This document shows positions 1-8,162 of a stretch of 64,000 nucleotides of DNA, in pieces. The stretch comes from an uncultured bacterium (GTDB lineage Bacteria > Auribacterota > UBA3054 > JAPLST01), in the NCBI GenBank assembly GCA_964397565.1, contig CAYNJC010000007.1, forward strand, positions 5,005 to 69,004, written 5' to 3'. The translations under genes and the position numbers were made by a program. The notes beneath the pieces are model-generated. The model was not told the origin of the DNA. It saw only the letters and a list, made by a program, of their open reading frames with translations, and did no database searches. Numbering within the stretch: the first letter of the stretch is position 1; every line of letters starts with the position of its first letter.

Positions 1-1193
1 AGTATGAGCCGGTTATGGACAGTAGTGATACTGCATATCACGGTGGCGTCGCGGACGGGGTCGAGGCCGCAATACTGGGCCAAGGTTGGTGCAAGGCCGT
101 GCGCGCTGAGATACTGCTGCACCTGTGCGTCGGCGGGGAACATCTGGCCGTGGTCATCACGGGCGTCGAAGCGCAAGGCGGCGGCGATGACAGCGCAGAC
201 GGGCGCGGGATCGCCGCCAGTCTTCTGGATCAGACGCAGGGCGCCGAGGCAGCGATCATCGGGCGCAAGTTTGCGTGGCAGATCACGGCCGACGCGATAG
301 ACGGTGTCACCCAACGCGCGATTGGCAAAACGGTGCAATAAATCAGCGATGTGCTCGTCGAGGGCGGCGGGCGTGAATACGGCGGGGTAGTGTACCAATA
401 AGGCGTGGCCGGCGGCCTGCATGACCTGCGCGACGCGGGCGCGCACGGCGGCATCTGCCATGCATTCCCAAATGGCCGCATGGCCGCGGAGAAACCCAAA
501 ATAAGCAGCGGCGGCGTGACCTAAATTATGAATGAACAGTTTGCGGTCGACATATGCGGCAAAATCCGGTTTGACCACCAGCCCATCTATTAGCGGCGGC
601 GGGCCGATAAAGCCATCGGCATCCGCGATGATCTGATTGTAGGCTTCCGCCCAGACCAGCAGGGGATCACGGGCGCGCACCTCGGGCGGCATCAGCGGCA
701 CCATTTTACCGATGCTGGTTTCGATCAAGCCCAATGGCGCAGCGGATGTGCGCGTGGGCATTGGCTGCCGCTGGATAGCCGTCCGCAGGATGGTGGCGGC
801 ATGGCGCAAGTTTTCGCACAACAGAATATTGAGCGGCTGGCTGCGCGAGGCGAGGGCGCGAGCAAACAGCGGCGCTAGTTTTGGCAGAATTGTTGCTCCG
901 ACCGCGGTGGACGCCATGGTGCAGGACGCCAGCGCCGCCAGCACTGCCGGCATATTGGCTGCGTCAAGCGCGCGGACATTGGTGACCGAGATGCGGTCGG
1001 GCGTGCCGGGTGGCAGGGTGTCGCTAATCTGGACCGTGTAGCTGTGGCGCGTATTGAGCGCATCCACAATGGCGCGCACCGGGTCGACAAACACCACGGC
1101 GTAGCCGGCGCGCGTGAAAATCGGCGCAACTAGTGAGCGGCCGATGTTGCCGGCGCCGAAGTGCACCAGAGTTTTGCGAGGAGTGTCGGTCAT
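1..1193 (-). CDS. mtlD: mannitol-1-phosphate 5-dehydrogenase family protein, partial (C-terminus beyond window edge)
   Basis: Absent from the ORF track because no stop lies inside the window. Minus-strand translation from ATG (1193-1191) reads MTDTPRKTLVHFGAGNIGRSLVAPIFTRAGYAVVFVDPVRAIVDALNTRHSYTVQI...NILLCENL...VDRKLFIHNLGHAAAAYFG...YRVGRDLPRKLAPDDR and stays open to position 1. It has the HFGAGNIGR dinucleotide-binding motif and resembles E. coli MtlD collinearly (from memory). Its ATG overlaps the upstream stop (ATGA, 1190-1193). Confidence 0.85.
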   Translation of the reverse strand, partial: MTDTPRKTLVHFGAGNIGRSLVAPIFTRAGYAVVFVDPVRAIVDALNTRHSYTVQISDTLPPGTPDRISVTNVRALDAANMPAVLAALASCTMASTAVGATILPKLAPLFARALASRSQPLNILLCENLRHAATILRTAIQRQPMPTRTSAAPLGLIETSIGKMVPLMPPEVRARDPLLVWAEAYNQIIADADGFIGPPPLIDGLVVKPDFAAYVDRKLFIHNLGHAAAAYFGFLRGHAAIWECMADAAVRARVAQVMQAAGHALLVHYPAVFTPAALDEHIADLLHRFANRALGDTVYRVGRDLPRKLAPDDRCLGALRLIQKTGGDPAPVCAVIAAALRFDARDDHGQMFPADAQVQQYLSAHGLAPTLAQYCGLDPVRDATVICSITTVHNRLI

Positions 1194-3313
1194 TGTGCCT
1201 GAGGTGTCAGCGCAGTTGTTGATAGTGGGTCGCAGGGGAGCTCGAGCAATTCAATCCCGCCGCCGCGACCAAGATTGCGCGTATAGCTCTTGCTGCGGGC
1301 ATTATTCCAGTGTTCGTGCACACCCAGGCTGTGCAGGCCGGTGCCGTCGCCTTCGGGATCATAGGTCACGCCGGAGGGCGGGCGGCGGGCGAGGGCGGCT
1401 TCGTGCAGATAGTTGTCGGCGTTGACCGGGACGGCGAATTCAGTGCCCAGAAAATCAAAGGCGACCGAGTCAATCGCGAGCGGATCCTGTGAGAGCAGGA
1501 GACTGGCAGGCCAATGATCCAGAAACGGCGGCATGCGCCACGGCTGCATCCAGCCCTCCCAGCCCTCGCCGCCATACAGGCCATCGAGGAGGTAGAGCAT
1601 GGTTTTGCCGCCCAGATCTTTGTGACCAATCAATTCGACCAGCGGATTGGCCACGCCGCGCGGCTGGACGAAGGCGTTAATGAACGGATGCAAAAACGCG
1701 GGCACTTCACAAAACGAGCCGAAGTGGTTCTTCGCGCAAGCAGTGAAACCGGCAGTTTCGTGCGTTTTCAGGACTGCCAGATTGATGAGATAGTCCGCCT
1801 CGGCGACACAGCGCGGCAGGTAGACCGGGTGGCCAGGCGCGCAGGTGAAGCGCACCACTGCGTTACTGGTGGGCACGGCCTTTTCGCGGCCGAACTGCCC
1901 GGCAACATCCGCGAAATGCACTTGGGGAAATGCGCCGGTGCAGCAGCCGAAGACATGATCGTCAATCAGGGCCAGCGAATCAAACAAGGTGATGTCAGTC
2001 TGCGCGACACCCGCCGTGTAGACCAGTTGCTGCAACAGTGCGCGCACCAATTGGGGTGCGCTGCTGAGATAGCCATCCGGGGTGGCATACGCTTTGAGCG
2101 ACTGGACGCAATTGAGTTTGATGGCGACTTTCTCACCAGATTCGTAGCCGCGGCGTGGCTGGCCCTGCGCAGACTTGCAGTACGCGAAGAGCGTCTGCCA
2201 GGCCTTGGCATCGCTGGCCTGGCCGGTCAGGGCGCGCAGGCCGGCGGAGAGCATGGCGGCGACGCGGTGCGGGTCGGTGCGGTCGTCGCGCCACCACATG
2301 TTTGTGTCGCCGCACTGCCAGGCGGTGGCACGTGGATCATGCGCCCAAACGACGCGGCCGGGCATAATGCCGCGGCCAATGCCAATGGGCTTGTTCGGCG
2401 GTTCAAAGGATTTGAATTGTGAGATGCGCTCGCGCTGCTCCTGCACCGTGGCACGTCGCGCGGCATAGAGCGAATGGCCGGCGGTGATGAAGAGTGTGTG
2501 GTTGTCGCGACTGAAGCCGAGATTGGTCGGTTTCTCGGGCATGCCCAGACGATCAATCTGACGACCGCGGGCGTCGTACACGGTTACATACGAGGAAAAA
2601 TCACGCGTGCCGCCGGTCAAATACACATTGCCCGCATCGTCAATGTCAAGACCGTCGCTGCGCTGCGCGGCGAACATGCGCTGGTTGGCAAGCACGCCGG
2701 GCGCGACAATATCGTACACGTAGGTGGTTTGCGCGCCCCAATCGGCGACGTACAGTCGCGTGCCGTCGCGCGTGCCGACCACACCGTTGGGCATGACCAT
2801 GTTGGTGATGATGCAGACCGGCTCGCGCGAGCCGGGCGCGAGGTAGTATACATAATAGCCCAGATACACATCGCCAACGGCACCGTAGCGCGGATCGGTG
2901 AAGTAGATACCATTGGTCTGGTCGAGCCACAGATCATTGGGGCTGTTGAGTTGCCGGCCGCGATAGGTGGCCGCGAGCACCGTGCGCGTGCCGTCCGGCG
3001 CGATGCGTGCCAGCGCGCGACCATCACCTTCGCAGACAATCAAGTTGCCATAGGTGTCAAAGGCCAGGCCGTTGGCGCCGCGACTGTTCTCCACCACAGT
3101 TTCGAGACCGGCACGCGGCGACCAGCGATGAATGCGCTGATTGGGAATGTCGCTGAAATAGACATAGCCACGCCGATCGACGGCCGGGCCTTCGGTGAAG
3201 GCGAAGCAGTCAGTGACCAGCACGGGCCGCTGGCCGACATGAAATTCACGCCCGTGTGCATGCAGTGCGCACAGGCAAAGCCATAAAACAAAACTGTTCA
3301 GCAAGGCCTTCAT
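1190..3313 (-). CDS. secreted fusion protein: SMP-30/gluconolactonase/LRE-like (SGL) beta-propeller + DUF362 domain
   Basis: Track ORF 1190..3361 begins at a TTG. The preferred ATG at 3313 gives the signal peptide MKALLNSFVLWLCLCALHAHG. N-terminal half: FTEGPAVDRRGYVYFSDIPNQRIHRW, NGLAFD, LNSPNDLWLD, GIYFTDP (SGL family). C-terminal half: GEKVAIKLN ... YLINLAVLKTHETAGFTACAKNHFG (DUF362-type signature). Confidence 0.8.
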   Translation of the reverse strand: MKALLNSFVLWLCLCALHAHGREFHVGQRPVLVTDCFAFTEGPAVDRRGYVYFSDIPNQRIHRWSPRAGLETVVENSRGANGLAFDTYGNLIVCEGDGRALARIAPDGTRTVLAATYRGRQLNSPNDLWLDQTNGIYFTDPRYGAVGDVYLGYYVYYLAPGSREPVCIITNMVMPNGVVGTRDGTRLYVADWGAQTTYVYDIVAPGVLANQRMFAAQRSDGLDIDDAGNVYLTGGTRDFSSYVTVYDARGRQIDRLGMPEKPTNLGFSRDNHTLFITAGHSLYAARRATVQEQRERISQFKSFEPPNKPIGIGRGIMPGRVVWAHDPRATAWQCGDTNMWWRDDRTDPHRVAAMLSAGLRALTGQASDAKAWQTLFAYCKSAQGQPRRGYESGEKVAIKLNCVQSLKAYATPDGYLSSAPQLVRALLQQLVYTAGVAQTDITLFDSLALIDDHVFGCCTGAFPQVHFADVAGQFGREKAVPTSNAVVRFTCAPGHPVYLPRCVAEADYLINLAVLKTHETAGFTACAKNHFGSFCEVPAFLHPFINAFVQPRGVANPLVELIGHKDLGGKTMLYLLDGLYGGEGWEGWMQPWRMPPFLDHWPASLLLSQDPLAIDSVAFDFLGTEFAVPVNADNYLHEAALARRPPSGVTYDPEGDGTGLHSLGVHEHWNNARSKSYTRNLGRGGGIELLELPCDPLSTTALTPQAQ

Positions 3314-3332
3314 AGCACGAGTATAGTACCAT

Positions 3333-4118
3333 TTAGGCCGGCAAACGACAAACCAATGCAAGTTGCTCTTTTAGCCAACCGGCACGATTTGATGTGAGAG
3401 AATCGACGCCTAACTGCAAAAAACGTTTCGCCGTGGTCACCGCGTCCACAGTCCATATGTGAACCTCCTTGTGAGCCGCGCGGAGAGCCTGCATGAACTG
3501 CTGATCTACGATTGTGTGCGCATTGCAGTCCACTCCGTCTGCGCCGATCTGTTCCAGCATTGCCAGAATCTCTTTTGTGGATGGGCGCACTGCGCCAGTG
3601 TGCTCGTCTGTTTTGAAGTCTATCAACAAAAGTGCCTTTAGTTGAGGAGCCTGCCGCTTCGTTTCGGCAACAACCTTGGTGTCAAACGAAATAATGACTG
3701 TTTGTCCGGGCTGCAACGTGGACTTGGCCAGCGCCTGCTTCAGGACGGGAACTATTTCCGGGCCACATTTTATCTCGATGAATACTTTTTTTCCTTCCGG
3801 AACTGTGGCAAGCACCTCGGCCATGGTAGGGATTCTGGCGCCGTCCCATGAAGCTCCTTTCCAGGATCCCACATCAAGTTGGCGAAGTTCCGCGAGGGTC
3901 GCTTCTGCAACCCGCATGGCCTGTCCGGCCGTCCGTGTGGTGGTGGCGTCATGAATACAGACGATTTCCATGTCCTTGGTCAGATGGAAATCCCCCTCGA
4001 CGCCATCGGCGCCCTGTTGCCAAGCCAGCTTGAATGCGGCGATGGTGTTCTCGGGCGCATCCTGTGCGGCGCCACGGTGGGCGATAACCGCCACGCACGC
4101 CATCGTCTGTTGGTTCAT
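3333..4118 (-). CDS. glycerophosphodiester phosphodiesterase (GDPD family)
   Basis: The sequence MNQQTMACVAVIAHRGAAQDAPENTIAAFKLAWQQGADGVEGDFHLTKD carries the classic HRG...ENT...E.D GDPD catalytic motifs. The start is set at ATG 4118; ATG 4103 is also possible. The track ORF extends to TTG 4247 (see the remnant feature). Confidence 0.85.
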   Translation of the reverse strand: MNQQTMACVAVIAHRGAAQDAPENTIAAFKLAWQQGADGVEGDFHLTKDMEIVCIHDATTTRTAGQAMRVAEATLAELRQLDVGSWKGASWDGARIPTMAEVLATVPEGKKVFIEIKCGPEIVPVLKQALAKSTLQPGQTVIISFDTKVVAETKRQAPQLKALLLIDFKTDEHTGAVRPSTKEILAMLEQIGADGVDCNAHTIVDQQFMQALRAAHKEVHIWTVDAVTTAKRFLQLGVDSLTSNRAGWLKEQLALVCRLPA

Positions 4119-4247
4119 TTCGTCTGTTCCCCTGCGTAATAAGGGCTTGCCACCCAGCGTGAGTTCTTTGGTTGACGACCAGTCCGACGCAAATCCGGCA
4201 GCAAGGTAAAAACTGATTGCGCGTGCGTCCTTGGCCAAGACCCACAA
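4119..4247 (-). pseudogene. possible relic of a GNAT acetyltransferase C-terminus, in frame upstream of the GDPD gene
   Basis: The 43 codons upstream of the GDPD ATG read (M)WVLAKDARAISFYLAAGFASDWSSTKELTLGGKPLLRRGTDE. The A..FY...GF pattern is typical of the last strand/helix of GNAT folds. Only this fragment is present, and it starts right after the stop of the upstream gene (4249). Confidence 0.25.
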
Positions 4248-4248
4248 G

Positions 4249-4773
4249 CTAGTGTCGCTCAGACATGCGCTTTCTCAGTCGGCTGATGCAACCGACAATG
4301 GTCAGCACGCCGAGCGCGGCAATGACGATGCTTGGCACAGCCGACATGCCTCCGTCCTGTCGACCCGCACCCTTCAGGACCATCGCGAGTATTGTTAGAT
4401 ACAACAGGCCGACAACGATGCCCAGTAGCAACACCCAGCGCGGGGATCCTGGCCCCCAAATACCCATCGACCAGCCAATCAGATACGGCAGAATCAGCAC
4501 GCCCCACCACATTGAACGTCCAGCATTGCCGCCAACGCCTCCGATCATGCTCAGCCCCCACAACGCTCCCACCCCAATCGCGATCAGAATGAAAACCCAC
4601 ACCCGGTAGGCGATCAACCGGCGTTCACTTTGGCCGAGGTAGGTGCCGAGCGCGACCAGCCCGCTGCCGGGGAAGATGAGAAGCGATCCCTCCATCGGGT
4701 CAATGGCACCGACCAGCATGGCGATGAAACCAGCAATGACCAGAATACGCGACCAGAGCAAACGTGCTTTCAT
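4249..4773 (-). CDS. hypothetical integral membrane protein (4-5 TM)
   Basis: 174-aa ORF made of hydrophobic segments (ILVIAGFIAMLVGAI, VWVFILIAIGVGALWGL, WWGVLILPYLIGW, VLLLGIVVGLLYLTILAMV, IVIAALGVLTIVG). A GAGGAG Shine-Dalgarno lies 7 nt before the ATG. No family recognised. Confidence 0.7.
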   Translation of the reverse strand: MKARLLWSRILVIAGFIAMLVGAIDPMEGSLLIFPGSGLVALGTYLGQSERRLIAYRVWVFILIAIGVGALWGLSMIGGVGGNAGRSMWWGVLILPYLIGWSMGIWGPGSPRWVLLLGIVVGLLYLTILAMVLKGAGRQDGGMSAVPSIVIAALGVLTIVGCISRLRKRMSERH

Positions 4774-4835
4774 GGAATCTCCTCATCTTTCTGTGAACGG
4801 TCGAATTCATTAACGCCGCGCGGCGTGTCGGTGAA

Positions 4836-4844
4836 ATTATAGCA
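4836..4844 (-). promoter_or_regulatory. putative extended -10 promoter element (TGCTATAAT on minus strand)
   Basis: The plus strand reads ATTATAGCA, which is TGCTATAAT on the minus strand, about 60 nt upstream of ATG 4773. The same 9-mer recurs upstream of two other minus-strand genes (11266-11274, 21314-21322). Confidence 0.45.
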
Positions 4845-4854
4845 TAATCTGGAG

Positions 4855-5340
4855 TCAATGCACGCCCCCGCTCGGAGCCTTTTTGCGTTCCAATGCCACA
4901 CGCACCACCCAGCTGTCCGAGAGCGCGCACGACGTCTGTAACGGCAGCACGCCGTCCCGCAGCGGCGTGACGGTCGTGTGCCCTGACGATGTGTTGATAG
5001 TAATGCTGAAATCCGGACGCCCGCCGGCCGAACAGGCAATGTCCTCGGAAATCACCAGGGGGAGATTGGTCAGCGGTCTCCAGTTCACTTGGACAAATCC
5101 TTTGCTGGCCTGGCCGAGCAAGGCCGGAAAGACAGGCTGATGAATAACGGCCCGATACGCGCCATGTTCGATAGTGGACCAGACCGGTCCGCCGGTATAC
5201 TTGTCGTTGATCTTCGTGAACGGTAGGGCTGCAAATGCCTTTTCCCATTGAGCGAAGCCGAAAAACAGCATGAGTAACATGATAAAACAGGCGCAGGCCC
5301 AGAGCATGCCGGCCCCTGTGGTCAGGCGTGTTGTTTTCAC
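4855..5340 (-). CDS. hypothetical membrane-anchored protein (N-terminal TM, ~125-aa extracytoplasmic domain)
   Basis: 161-aa ORF with an N-terminal anchor MLWACACFIMLLMLFFGF. It lies 19 nt downstream of the polyferredoxin gene. Its size and position resemble FixH after FixG, but no motif supports that. Confidence 0.65.
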   Translation of the reverse strand: MKTTRLTTGAGMLWACACFIMLLMLFFGFAQWEKAFAALPFTKINDKYTGGPVWSTIEHGAYRAVIHQPVFPALLGQASKGFVQVNWRPLTNLPLVISEDIACSAGGRPDFSITINTSSGHTTVTPLRDGVLPLQTSCALSDSWVVRVALERKKAPSGGVH

Positions 5341-5359
5341 GGTCAGGCTCCTTGTATGT

Positions 5360-6517
5360 TCAGTAAAGATGCCCGGTCAGGATAAGGTTCATCAGGCGCC
5401 GAATAGCCTCCATGAAAGTTCCCCCGGCAAAAACGGTCAGAAACAGAGACGAACTATAAAGGAAGAGCACGCGGGTCATGACGCTTTTCCATGCCGGCGG
5501 TGTCCCCTTGATATGAAAATGAAGGGCTTCCTTCGGGCAGGCATCGATGCACTTGCCGCATTTTACGCAGGTCATGCTTGTCCCGCCGGCGGCCAGGCTT
5601 TGGTTCGTTATCGAGAAAACAGGGCACACCCGCGCGCACTGTCCGCATTGCACGCAGCGATCCGGATCGACGCGCACATTGAAGACATTGATGTAATTGG
5701 CAAAGGATGTCAGCGCACCCATCGGGCAGAAGAGCCCGCACTGCGTGCGGCGCTTCGTCAGGAACGGCAGGATGATGACCAGACCCAAAAACAACGAAAC
5801 AAAGATGATTGTCTTCAGCAAGATCGTCGCGGACGTCACCGCGTCAAATTCGGTAACGGTCTTGAACGGGCACATCCATGAACAGTACGTCGGCTCAAGC
5901 AGCGCAGCCGAGCTGATTACCACTAGCAACAAGACTGCAAACGGGAGCAACTTCCAAAAGGCCGGAACGGTGCGGATCCGCGCCGTGCGCGCCAGTCGTG
6001 AAATGCCATCGTCCCAGCCCCCGAAAAAACAAACCCAACTGCAGAAGCCGCGCCCCAACACCAGACAGGCGCCGATCCACAGGACAAACATCGCCGCAAT
6101 CGATGCGTAACCACCTGCCACCTGCCCCGGAAAGATGATCGAACGGGTCAGTGCCATCGGAATCACAGTCATGGGAATGACAATATGACAAAACGGCACT
6201 TCGCATTCGATGAGTTTCGCCGCGGAAAGCGACATTGCGCCGCGCGCCTCAAACATATGGACAATGAACGTGAACGACAGCAGCACGGCATAGAGGATAA
6301 AAGCGGTAGCGCGCCAACGGTCGGTTTTCCCGCTGCTGAGCATCTTATAAAACAGCACAGTAAAGAAAAGGAGCGTGACGCCGATGGCGATCATGTCCTG
6401 CGCATTCCGGACGGGTTTTCCGCCGCTCAGCAGCAGACCTGAAAGCAGTAGCATCGGCAGACAGAGCCATAGTGCCGTGCCGCGTGGCAACGCCAATAGA
6501 GAAAGCTTCGATTTCAT
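5360..6517 (-). CDS. membrane-bound polyferredoxin, NapH/NosR/CcoG(FixG)-like 4Fe-4S protein
   Basis: CX3CP-type motifs CSWVCFFG, CSWMCPFK and CGLFCPMG, plus two ferredoxin motifs CVQCGQCARVCP and CVKCGKCIDACP, with multiple TM segments. The preferred start is ATG 6517 (MKSKLSLLALP), preceded by GAGGAG; the track start at 6595 would overlap the upstream gene. Confidence 0.8.
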   Translation of the reverse strand: MKSKLSLLALPRGTALWLCLPMLLLSGLLLSGGKPVRNAQDMIAIGVTLLFFTVLFYKMLSSGKTDRWRATAFILYAVLLSFTFIVHMFEARGAMSLSAAKLIECEVPFCHIVIPMTVIPMALTRSIIFPGQVAGGYASIAAMFVLWIGACLVLGRGFCSWVCFFGGWDDGISRLARTARIRTVPAFWKLLPFAVLLLVVISSAALLEPTYCSWMCPFKTVTEFDAVTSATILLKTIIFVSLFLGLVIILPFLTKRRTQCGLFCPMGALTSFANYINVFNVRVDPDRCVQCGQCARVCPVFSITNQSLAAGGTSMTCVKCGKCIDACPKEALHFHIKGTPPAWKSVMTRVLFLYSSSLFLTVFAGGTFMEAIRRLMNLILTGHLY

Positions 6518-6524
6518 TTGCTCC

Positions 6525-7175
6525 TCATTTCGGCGCGCCGGTGGCAACGCCCTGAACGATGATGACAATGCCGTAATATAGATAGTAACACCCAACCAGT
6601 CCCGCCGATAAGCGACCGATTGTCTGGAGTGCCTGATAGCGCCGCAGCAGGCCCAGCAACGGCAACGGCAGGATGAAAATGGAGGTCCCCAAATAGAACA
6701 TCAGGAAAAACCAGACACTGGCGAACAAGGTTGACAGGGCCGCAGCCGCAGCGAACGCCAGCATAAAGGGATAGCAGATATTCAGTCCCGTTAGCAGGCC
6801 GCCCACGAACGGCATCAGGAAGCGATGCCGCAGCCACTGCTGCCCATGCCATGCGGCACGCGTGGCGCCCGGCTCACAGGTCGCCCGACCGGAGCGGAGC
6901 GCATAAACCACCAGCATTGCGGACAAAACAATGTAGGCGCACCCGAACACATACAGGTACCAGGTCGGCAACGCGGTCTGGAACATCCAGCCCACCAGCC
7001 ATGCCAGGATACCATACACCAGGTATCCCACCAGCCGCCCTCCAAGAAACAGCAGGACAGCTACAACATTCCGCCCCGGCCCCTGCGCTTCCGCCAGCAG
7101 CCACGGCGCCAACAACGGCCCACAGGATGCAAAACAATAAGCCCCCGTGCTCAACCCCAACAGTAATCCGTTCAT
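6525..7175 (-). CDS. DsbD_2 / TauE-SafE-like membrane protein with N-terminal CxxxCGP motif
   Basis: MNGLLLGLSTGAYCFASCGPLL resembles the HCxxMCGP start of PF13386-type (often annotated sulfite exporter TauE/SafE) proteins, and the protein has about 6 TM segments. The ATG at 7175 is preferred over the TTG at 7184. Confidence 0.65.
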   Translation of the reverse strand: MNGLLLGLSTGAYCFASCGPLLAPWLLAEAQGPGRNVVAVLLFLGGRLVGYLVYGILAWLVGWMFQTALPTWYLYVFGCAYIVLSAMLVVYALRSGRATCEPGATRAAWHGQQWLRHRFLMPFVGGLLTGLNICYPFMLAFAAAAALSTLFASVWFFLMFYLGTSIFILPLPLLGLLRRYQALQTIGRLSAGLVGCYYLYYGIVIIVQGVATGAPK

Positions 7176-7201
7176 GTCAGCCAACGCAATGTAGGCGCAC
7201 G

Positions 7202-7672
7202 TTAGACACCCCTCGCGGCGTCAGTTGAATGGGCACGCAGTAAGGCATCAATCATTAGACCAACAATCAGCATGTTTGCCACCAGTGCAGCGAGTGGCAG
7301 AAACGTGATGCGTTGCGACAACGCGTACATCTCAAATGGGATATAGATGCCACCGCTGACTGCAGCGAACCATTCGGCCCAACGCCTTGCGCGCCACAAA
7401 CCGTAGGCCTCGACAAAGCGTATCAATGCATACACGGCCGCGAGGGTGGTCAGCAGCCACAGACGTGAATCGGTGAAGTGGGCTGCGGTGTCCAGAAAAA
7501 CGTGAGGATAGTGTTTTGCAGGATTGAGGTGCAGATGGCCGACCAGGCGTTCGGCGCCCCTCTGGACATCGTGATGGATGAGAGATAATGCACCAAAACC
7601 CGCCAACAGAACCACGGCACCTTTGGCTGCCTCACACACCGCAACCGCACGAATTGTATTAGCTAGTCGCAT
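7202..7672 (-). CDS. DUF2127 family membrane protein
   Basis: The sequence AVCEAAKGAVVLLAGFGALSL...FVEAYGLWRARRWAEWFAAVSGGIYIPFEMYAL matches my memory of the conserved DUF2127 core (EAYGLW..RRWAE...IYIPFE.Y). Confidence 0.7.
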   Translation of the reverse strand: MRLANTIRAVAVCEAAKGAVVLLAGFGALSLIHHDVQRGAERLVGHLHLNPAKHYPHVFLDTAAHFTDSRLWLLTTLAAVYALIRFVEAYGLWRARRWAEWFAAVSGGIYIPFEMYALSQRITFLPLAALVANMLIVGLMIDALLRAHSTDAARGV

Positions 7673-8046
7673 CGCAACAGTTGTGTTTCACCATCCAAGT
7701 CAGCCACACCGTGTGCGCGGGCGGCGTGCATTATTCTCTCGGCATTGTTTGTCTTGCGGGTCCTTCGGCATATACTGATCAACATATGTTTCATAGTGAG
7801 GATAGAAGCCGCGTAGCGCTCCTCATATTCCTGCCGGTTAACGAAATAGTCCTCTGGATAATCATTGAACTGTTGGAGTTGTTCATCCGCGATCGGTTCG
7901 TAGGTCTTCCAATACAAATCCAGGCGGTCACGCAGCAACTGGGCGCGCAGGAGTCGGTTTTGGAGCCGTGTTTGGACTGCCATGAACAATACCGACATAG
8001 TCATGGTCGTAAGGATCAACAATTGAATCATATCCGAGAGGTGCAT
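7663..8046 (-). CDS. hypothetical protein with N-terminal TM helix
   Basis: 127-aa ORF in a locally lower-GC stretch (7.68-8.16 kb), with the TM segment MIQLLILTTMTMSVLFMAV. It overlaps the DUF2127 gene by 10 nt. No family recognised. Confidence 0.55.
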   Translation of the reverse strand: MHLSDMIQLLILTTMTMSVLFMAVQTRLQNRLLRAQLLRDRLDLYWKTYEPIADEQLQQFNDYPEDYFVNRQEYEERYAASILTMKHMLISICRRTRKTNNAERIMHAARAHGVADLDGETQLLRCD

Positions 8047-8162
8047 AATTCAGTTTTCTCCGTTGCCGTTAGTGCTCATGTTGGGATTATCCCGCTGGAG
8101 AGGGGTTTCGGGTTCGCTGCTGCCAATCCAAGTAATCTCCCCCACGGAAATCCATGAAGAAC

